Below are positions 55,057 through 64,000 of a stretch of 64,000 nucleotides of DNA, piece after piece. Both the position numbers and the translations under genes were made by a program. Within the stretch, counting starts at the first letter, position 1, and every line of letters starts with the position of its first letter. The notes under the pieces were generated by a model. That model did no database searches and was not told the origin of the DNA. It saw only the letters and a program-made list of their open reading frames with translations. The stretch comes from Paraspadella gotoi (Eukaryota > Animalia > Chaetognatha): assembly GCA_051294375.1 (NCBI GenBank), contig CM119271.1, forward strand, positions 614,721 to 678,720, read 5' to 3'.

Positions 55057-56776
55057 ATAGTAATAAAATAATCTTTAAATGCTTCCGTGCGTTAATCAAT
55101 AAAACAAATTTTAAAAATTATTTTTATTTTCATATTCTCTCACAGTTACTTAACCATTATTTATTTGAGAGAACTTCTAGTTTTCAACCTGTTCCGGCCT
55201 ACTTAGTTTACATGGTGACAATTTTACAAGCGGCGGTAAAAAAACGCTGTCATTTGCAAACCAGTGGTTAAAATATTAAAGTCATTTATGTGTTCAAATT
55301 ATATATTGATCGGTTAAAAAATACCTTGACAATGAGTGGAGAAAGTTGGCTTTTAAAATCTGGTTTCATTTTCAAACTCACTGTTTTTTTAAACAAAGTA
55401 TTTTTTAAGATATTAACAATATTAATATCCTCAGAAAGCTCTTAAAAATATGAAGAGAATGATATACTTACGAAAGCTCTAACATAAAAATTAAGCTACC
55501 CAGCCTTGTTTGAATTAAGAGAGTCAAAAGTAAATTATTTAAAATTTTAAATCATTTATAAAAATATATGACCTGTTTAAATTATTATAACATAAAATAT
55601 TATTATTTATGTAAGTATCATGAAAGAGCCTGAGAAAAAAAGATTTAAGATAACCAATCACAATTTGATAAATATCTTAGAAGAGTTTGAAATTAATTTT
55701 CAACAACAATTTATTTTGATTAATAACGGACATGTTTCGGCTCAGTTACAAGCCTTAGGGCTTGTAACTGAGCAACGAAACGAAAGGATTACACCACGAG
55801 AAAAATCTTAAATTTACCCTCCAGCTATTAACTTTAGGAAAGATTTTTTTTTTTAGTATCCTAATTAAATTAAAGCTGGGCCGATTAAATCTTATACTAC
55901 AGTATTCATTAGAGTGATGTGAAAATGATAAAATTTTCAAAAATTAAAATTTAGCATATAAAACATGAAAATAAAAACCAATAAAAATATTTTGGTAAAT
56001 TAATTTTTTAATTTTATACATTAGTAGGCACCAGTGAGCTATATTTATATATAGTATATAATATATATAATATATAAGTATATAATAAGTTAAATTGCAA
56101 ATTGAAAATTTTTAAATTTTAAGATCGGATTTGGATTCCTTGCAAAAAGTTTATATCAGAAAGTATAATTCTTTATTAAAATTTTTTTCATTAAGTTGGT
56201 TAAAAATATAAAAAACTATATTTAAAACATCAATTTTTAATTTCGTTTTTTATAATATAACCTAATAATTTTTGAAAAAGATTTATATTTTCTTTTATCA
56301 ACTTTTAACGATGAACCTGAATCTGTTCTCAGAATTTAAAAAAAAATATTTTGAAATTTTAACATTACATAAGGGTAGTACTATATACAAAATAAGCTGA
56401 CTGGGCTACTATATTTGTAAAAAAAAATAATTACAGATTAATATTCACTAATATGATAGTTTTCAAGATATAACTGCTAAATTTTGATTCCAAACTTTCA
56501 CTTCACCCTAGTATTCATAAGTACGTCATTCCTCTTAATAAGGGGTAGTGAAAGATGGAGATTAAAATTCAAATAGTTGTTCATGAACAGTTTTGTACTA
56601 ATGAACAATGATATATAAAATTTTTTTATTAAATTTCTCAATTTTTGCATACGCCTATATTTATACATAGTACTTACCATAGAAAATGTCAAAATTTAAA
56701 AATTTTTTTGTTTAGATTTGAAAGCAGATTCAAATTCGAATTCGAATTTGAATAGTTGATAAAAAAAATATAAGTT

Positions 56777-57010
56777 TGAAGAGACAGTAATAATTGTTAT
56801 ATGTTAGTGACAGAACCGTTCAATATAAGCAGTCCCTGAACTTCGGATCAGGCTGTAACACTGTGTTACAGGCGGGTTAAACGCCCCATCCCTCTTAACT
56901 GTTAAGCGGCCACCGGACTAAAACCACGGACCTTTGGGTTGGGAGGCGAATGACTTGCCTCCGGCACCAATGGCCACTGATGAACGGTTAGTGGATTTTA
57001 GTCCACCATA
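56777..57010. mobile_element. Solo LTR, duplicate of 45065-45301
   Basis: Same termini and AGTT TSD. Confidence 0.75.
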
Positions 57011-58443
57011 AGTTTTAATTAAAAATATTTTCATTAATTAAAAAAACTCTATTTTATACTAAAATAAAATTATAAGTTAATTATAACATTTTTTTAGGAT
57101 TTTGACCCACTTAATGAAATAATTTTCTAAAAAGAGTTATATTTCCTTTTTTCAACCTTTAAATTAGTGAGGAATTCGAATCTGCTTTCAAAAATAAGGG
57201 GAAAAATTTTAAAATTTTAACCTTTTCTTGTTTTTAACATTTTCTTTACTATGTATAAATATGGGCTAATCCAAAAATTTAAAAATAAGAAATAATTTTT
57301 TTTTATTTCAAAATGTTCACAGGTTCATGATCCTGTTCATGATCCACTATTCGAATTTTGATTCTAATTTATTTTAATATTTTTTCTACGCTTCAATGAC
57401 CATATTATTTGATAAGCATATTACCTAATTTTTCTATAATATCCTCGTACTAACTTTTATCAGTTCTGACATTTTGAGGTTGTCCAAAAGCATAGCCTTT
57501 AAATCCTAAATGAGTAAATATTATCACTCCTCATTGTGACCACTTCGTTCATCTTTTCATGGCGTATCTTTATCTGACACAAAAAAACGTTTTAGCCTCA
57601 TTTGTAGCGTTAATGAAGACTGGGCGCTAAGGGATACTGACATCTTATCTCTTCTGGCTCACTGTGAATTTATTTTGTATTATAAGTTAATAACATTTGG
57701 GCAAATGATAGAATAAACAAAACCAGACTAAAGTTTTTAAGCCCCGCCCCTATTGAATTTAATTTCATAGTAGATTTCTACTGCAAGGACGCAATTGCCA
57801 TTTCCTATTGAATTTCTAATTTGGGTATTTTCTGCGTGGGGTCAGGTGATGAGACTGAAAACCCGCTGTTCATCTGTTTCCTCTTCGCAGTCGAATTCGA
57901 GGCTCGAAATTCGAGCTTCTTCACCTTACCTCTTCCTCTTCCCCGTTCCTATGTTTTCGTGTTTTTTTGCTTCTTCCTCTTCCTCCTCCTCCTCCACCCT
58001 GACGTCACCGCGCCGCCATGTTTTTTCTCATCCCCTGTCCTCCTCCTCTCCCTTCACTCTCTTCCCTTCTCTCCCTGCGACATGTCGTCGTCGACGATGA
58101 CGATCCCCTTTTATTCCTGACATTATCTCTCTCTCGCTCCGAGGCGTCTTGGACGAAAAATGACCAGAGAGACGCCGCCGCCGCCGCCGTCGCCGCTCGC
58201 GTCTTCTCTTGACTTCATGACAGCCGCGATGACCCAGACAGGAAAACTATCGTCGCGCACGAGGTGACTACGGACTGTCATCTCGGTCCATCGGTAAAGA
58301 CTGGAATTTATTTTTCTTTTGCGTCGTCGGGAAAATAAAAAAAACTTTTTGGAGGGGATCTTCGTTTATCGGGGAGAGGTATTTTTTCCTCTCCCCCCCC
58401 TTCTTTCCCGATTCTCTCTATCGAGGACTCCTCTCCTCGGATA

Positions 58444-58602
58444 ATGGCCGACCACTCCAATTCGGCGACGGGCGACGGAGCCTACCAGCCGCCCCATATT
58501 TTAAACGGACCTTCGACGTCCGTTGATGCCACCGGCGCCAGTAAAATGACTACGCAAGAAGCTACACATACCAAAGAGGGCCTACCAGTTCCTCAGCATC
58601 CG
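58444..58602 (+). CDS. Candidate first coding exon (MADHSNSATG...LPVPQHP), product unknown
   Basis: ataATGg context, 53 codons, phase-0 donor gtgaga; preceded by a CpG-rich region at 57800-58440. Confidence 0.5.
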
Positions 58603-59309
58603 GTGAGAAAAATCTGGGTTGGGCCTGCATGCGGGAAAAGAGATGCTTGTGGCTTTCTAACTGGAATGGCTTTTCAATTACCACTTTTTTTCCAAAAGAG
58701 AATGAGTCAACTTTTCAGTCGCAAAAGAATTGCACTGATTGCCAGAATTGAAAAAAAAAACCCATTAAAACAATGTATGTATCATGACATATTTTCTTAA
58801 AACTTAATGATAGCTGGATTTAATGTGATAGGGTTTTATTTAAAATAACGAGTTGACTTTATCGACGAAATGAGTCATGTCGCCATTTTGATAGCTGCTC
58901 ATGAACAATTAAGGTGGCAACGGCGGATAGAGAGGATGAGAAGAAAATCATTGAAATTAATCTCAAAAACTTCAAAACGGTAAAGAAAAAACCGTGTTAT
59001 AACAAGGATTCAATTATTTAGAATTATGAAAAAACCGGCGATCATGGAATTTAATACGTTCTGCAGACTTATGGGAAAATGAAGAGAAAGAAAATAAAAA
59101 AAACAAAGTTCGTTTCTTTATGGAAAAGAAAAATTAGGACCGTGACAGTGATTCAGTAGTTGCATACGTTCTGGAGGCTTATGGGAAAATAAAGATGGAA
59201 AAAAAAACTTGTTCCTTTACGGAAAAGAAAAATTAAGACCGTGACAATGATCTCAAAAATTTTTTTTTCAAAATATATTTTATTAACCATTGTATAAACC
59301 TTTCTTTTT

Positions 59310-60380
59310 AGTTGGATTTGCTTATCAGCAGATTCCGACTCTATAATTCACTTTGTCGGTCCATCGGTCCCACCCCCTAATCTTGTCGGGCATTAACTTA
59401 AATCATGTCAGGACATCAAATTATGATAAATTATGCAAAAAAATGTTCGTCCGTCTGTCTTTCTGTCTGTCCGTCCCCCTGTTGGACATAAACTTAGCAA
59501 AAAACTCCAATAATGAATTTGAATGAAATTTTGTGTGTGATTAAGCTGGATATAAAGTTTTGATGGAATCGTGCGAGTGGAAATGAGTTTAAATGAAAAA
59601 AAATATAAGTCACATTTTCTTGAATCTTTTTACTAATTTTAACCCATAATTACACTAATTAATAATAATTAGATGGATAGATTTAGATGAAATTTTGTGT
59701 GTGGGTGGGAAAGTGTGTGACGAACCTGGATATAAAGTTTCGATGAAATCGTGCAAGTGGAAATTAGTTTAAATAGAATAAAATATAAGTCACATTTTCT
59801 TGAATATTTTTATTAATTTTAACACAAATTATTTATAATTGGATGGATAGAATGAGATGAAATTTTGTGTGTTGGTAGGAAAGTGTGTGATTGAGCAGAA
59901 TATAAAGTTTAGATGGAATCAAGGAGTGGAAATGAGTTTGCATGAAGAAAACCAAAGTCAAGTTGACTTGAAATTTTATTATTTATGCTTACTCCTAAAT
60001 GTTTTAATTAGTTAATTTATAAATTTATTAAATTTTAAAAAATGGTGCCAGTTGAAAAAATATGCTAATTGAAAAATGATGCAAGTAAAAAAAATGATGC
60101 AAGTGGAAATGGTGCGAGTTGAAAAAAATTATGCTTGTTGAAAAGATGTATCAAGTTGAAAAAAAATAGAAGTTGAAAAAAAAATAATAGTTAAAAAAAT
60201 TATTTGTTTCTATCATAGTAACAGTTCAGTTTAATCCCTTGCAAGCGATTTACCTGTATATGCTCAGCCATTGGTTTGGTATGATCACGAATTTAAAGAA
60301 TTATCGTCATTTATCATCTGATTAGCTGATTACCGCCTAATTATCGTAGGCAGATCTGTCATTGTTTGCTCAAACTTGTT
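59310..60380 (-). mobile_element. Complete HINE (duplicate of 47611-48681)
   Basis: Both termini and internal repeats present. Confidence 0.8.
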
Positions 60381-60583
60381 GTTCCTTTACGTTCCTTTAC
60401 GGGAAAAAAAAATAGGACCGTGCCAATGTTCTGAAATACGCTGAATTTATCGAATATTTATTATTATTTTTCTTTCCAAAATATATTTTATAAAACTTTG
60501 TATTAAGCCTTTCTTTTTGTTGTTTGTGAATTTAAGAGAAACAAAAGCTTTGATAGTAACAACAAAGACTTTTATTAAAATAA

Positions 60584-60631
60584 AAATCGGACAGGTTTCG
60601 ACTCGTAGATTTCGAGTCTTCATCAGCGTTT
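60584..60631 (-). ncRNA. Minimal hammerhead ribozyme, second sequence type
   Basis: Minus strand: aaacg-CTGATGA-a-gactcg(aaatcta)cgagtc-GAAA-cctg-TC-cgattt; perfect 6-bp stem II; AATAAA just downstream. Confidence 0.78.
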
Positions 60632-60956
60632 GTTACCATCAAAACATTTATCTCTCTTGAATATATTTTATTATCAATTTTTATTGCTCTTATTATTTTA
60701 ACTATTTTATTTAAATTGAGTGATTTTTTTCGTTTTGTGTATTGAAACAATAAGTTTTTTTTAAATAATTTTTTTTCCCTTGTTGTTGAAGGCTTACGTT
60801 TAGGCTAAAACATTTCTGTTTTTATATTTTTAAAAAGTAAATATTTTTAAATGCTAAAAAATTGTTTTGCTTCAAATATTGTTTCAAAAATTTAAATTTC
60901 CATATACTTAAGCTGAGACTAAGTTTTAAACATATTTAACCTTAACTTAGCCTTAA

Positions 60957-61136
60957 CCCTAACTTATGCCTCGCCCTAACTTATGCCTCGCCCTAACTTA
61001 TGCCTCGCCCTAACTTATGCCTCGCCCTAACTTATGCCTCGCCCTAACTTATGCCTCGCCCTAACTTATGCCTCGCCCTAACTTATGCCTCGCCCTAACT
61101 TATGCCTCGCCCTAACTTATGCCTCGCCCTAACTTA
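60957..61136. repeat. 17-bp tandem repeat (ccctaacttatgcctcg), about 10.5 perfect units
   Basis: Directly visible; each unit contains CCCTAA. Confidence 0.95.
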
Positions 61137-61978
61137 CAATATAACATATACCATATAATAACAATAACAGCAAATATTAAAAAAATATATCTGAATTCCT
61201 TTAATTTTTCTTTCCGGGAAATTATCCTCTTCTATCCCCATGCTTTTTCCATTAATTTATCAAGAAAAACCTTGCTCTGCATTATCCCATAGACCTCCAG
61301 AACGTATTAATATTATACCATTATACTATTAATAATCTCCATTCTCCAGGAATGACAAAAAACCATTTAAAAGCTAAACATAATTTAATTTTATAGTTAT
61401 GAAAAAATATATATATACTTAATGTCGAGTTCATGTTTTATCATCAATTTTTCACTATGAAATTGGTACAACCATTATAAAAATTATCTATTTAATATAT
61501 AAGCTATCTTGCTCCTGACTTTGGACATGCTTTGGTGGTTTAAGGCCTCCATCATTCTTACAAGATAATGACATAGCAGGTCCCTGCAAGCTTTCTATCA
61601 AGACTCTCTCACAGTCTCGTTTATTTACTACCATAGTTCCTGACTTCCCTATCAATGAAGTGGTATAATGTTAAAAAAATGTTTCAATTGTATGAAAAGA
61701 TCTTTCCCTTAAGTATTAGATAGTATTATTTTAATAATTTAAAACGTATTTTAACCCAAAGTCTTAACTCACCCCAACCTTATTTTCACCCTTAAGGCTA
61801 AACCTCAATTACTTTTAGTCCCACTTTGCTTTTTAATCCTTAACTTCCCGCCAATCTTAGTTAATAATTACCTTTCAATCGAAAACAATTTAGTTTAGAA
61901 ACCGTTTCCCAATGTTAGTGTTAATATATTAATAATGATAAAGCAAAAATAGCCATCAATATCTAAAAATGTTGATAT

Positions 61979-62722
61979 TATGGCAACAGCCGAGTTGCCT
62001 GTGATGCCCATTGGGATGGGGCATCTCACTGTTGGCTTTGGGGGCTTCCGACCCTCAGTGACGCCTCCAGTCACTGGCGCGGTTACCCTAGGACGGTCTC
62101 GCTTTGCCAACGCAGAGGGAAGTCGTTAGGACTGTGGATGGAACACTACGCCTGGGATGGTGTGTTCCCCCTCTGAGCCAATGGATTTGGCTGACGGATG
62201 GTGGACGTGAGGCGGTGTGAATATACCGCCACAGGATCCCCGGGCCAAGACATCACTCAGGTTCCTCAAGCCTGAGAGGTGTCTGACAAGACTGTTACCA
62301 TAGTGGGAGAGAGAGAGAGAGCGCGAGTTGTGGGGGCATAGGCGTTTTGTCGTAGCGTACCCCAGGGGCATAGGCGTTTTGTCGTAGCGTACCCGAAGTC
62401 GGCAGGGCATAGGCGTTTGTCGTAGCGTACCCTGAGAAGGTTGCGTGTTCGATAGTAGGGCTCACCACTTATGGCAACAGCCGGGTTGCCTGTGATGCCC
62501 ATTGGGATGGGGCATCTCACTGTTGGCTTTGGGGCTTCCGACCCTCAGTGACGCCTCCAGTCACTGGCGCGGTTACCCTAGGACGGTCTCGCTTTGCCAA
62601 CGCAGAGGGAAGTCGTTAGGACTGGATGGAACACTACGCCTGGGATGGTGTGTTCCCCCTCTGAGCCAATGGATTTGGCTGACGGATGGTGGACGTGAGG
62701 CGGTGTGAATATACACGCCACA
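61979..62722 (-). mobile_element. Complete 744-bp TRIM (non-autonomous LTR retrotransposon), Helenus-like
   Basis: Near-identical LTRs at 61979-62233 and 62470-62722 (minus strand TGTGGC...GCCATA), 4-bp TSD ATAT, PBS-like TGGTGAGCCC 2 nt after the 5' LTR, non-coding interior with three ~30-bp repeats; empty site at ~50255. Confidence 0.88.
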
Positions 62723-64000
62723 ATATCTGAATTTTTTCTTAAGTGACCGAAAGGAGATGCCCCCCTTGGCGGTGTAACTAACCCCTAGACTTGGTGTTTT
62801 CAGTGGGTTTGGATTTTTTTTTCTGTGGTTTGCTTGCTACCGAAGGTTTGACCTACTTATCACTTTTTTTCAAGAGCTTTTCCGTCCAGGACTATAACAA
62901 GTGACCATTGCTGTTGGGTTCAGAGCTGGGTTCAGAGATCAGTTTCCTTGTTGACCGTTTTCTTTTCTCAACTTTTGTTCAATTGAACAGTTAGGTTGAA
63001 CGTTTTGAAACGGTTTAATTACAACTGTAGCTTAGTAGGAACATACTTTTTAGAACGCATTTTCATAATTTAATATTTAAAAATGTTATAAAAAATCGAT
63101 TTAGGATCCCAAGTCTTATATTTTTAGATTTTTTGTCCCGCTTTAAATGATTTCCGTACCAAATGTAGTATACATGGTGACAATTTTACAAGCGCCGGTA
63201 GAAATACGCTGTCATTTGCAAACCAGTGGTTATTTCATTGATTTTAAAAATTAGTTGAGTAGAACATATTAAAGTCATTTATGTGTTCAAATTTTATATT
63301 GATCAGTTAAGATATGCCTTGGCAATGAGTGGAGAAAGTTGGCTTGTAAAATCGGGTTTCATTTTCCAACTCACTGTTTTTAAATTCATTTTTTTTTTAA
63401 ACTTTTAGCTCTTTTTTAAACAAAGTACTTATTAAGATATTAACAATATTAATATCCTCAGAAAGCCCTTAAAAAAATGAAGAGAATGATATACTTACGA
63501 AAGCTCTAACATATAAATTAAGCTGCCCAGCTTTGGTTCAATTAAGAGAGTCAAAAGTTATCTAAAATTTCAAATCTTTTTTTAAAATATATGACCTAAT
63601 TAAATTATTATAACATAAAATATTATTATTTATATAAGTATAATGAAAGAGCCTGAAAAAAGGAGATTTAAGATAGCCAATCACAATTTTTATAAAAATC
63701 TTAAATTTACCCTCCAGCTATTGATTTTTGGAAAGATGTTTTGTTTTTGAGTATCTTAATTAAATTAAAGCTGGGCCGGTTAAATTTTATACTACAGTAT
63801 TTGCAAGTATGTCATTCTCTTTAGATTTGAAAGAGCCTGTCCAAAGTCAGGGGCAAGATAGCTTATTTATTAAATGAATGGAAAATTTTTATATTGGTGT
63901 TGTACCAATTTCATAAAATTCAGCTCCTTGTATTTTGATGCAAGTGCGAAGTACAATAAGTATTCTCCGATCTAATACTGGGAATGGTCTTTTCATACAA

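Overview
Eukaryotic, most likely invertebrate animal, genomic DNA: AT-rich introns and intergenic DNA, GC-rich exons, and a very high repeat load. It comes from a noisy long-read gap-filled assembly with four 25-N gaps, many indel errors and large near-identical blocks (18.6-26.6 kb is repeated at 29.7-37.5 kb; 40.0-51.6 kb is repeated at 55.1-64 kb). Host genes: a spliced SLC16/MCT-like MFS transporter (+), a convergent two-exon GT10 alpha-1,3-fucosyltransferase (-), a candidate Ser/Pro heptad-repeat exon (-), and exons of an unidentified gene (+). Mobile DNA: an internally deleted Penelope-like retroelement (RT + GIY-YIG), four minimal hammerhead ribozymes of two sequence types, many Helentron-type HINE/DINE-1-like elements, several TIR elements, and a set of ~240-bp hairpin-rich LTRs with Pol III A/B boxes, TG...TA-type ends and 4-bp TSDs. 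That set includes one complete 744-bp TRIM (Helenus-like) whose empty site is visible in the duplicated block. All calls were made by eye; coordinates in noisy regions are approximate.
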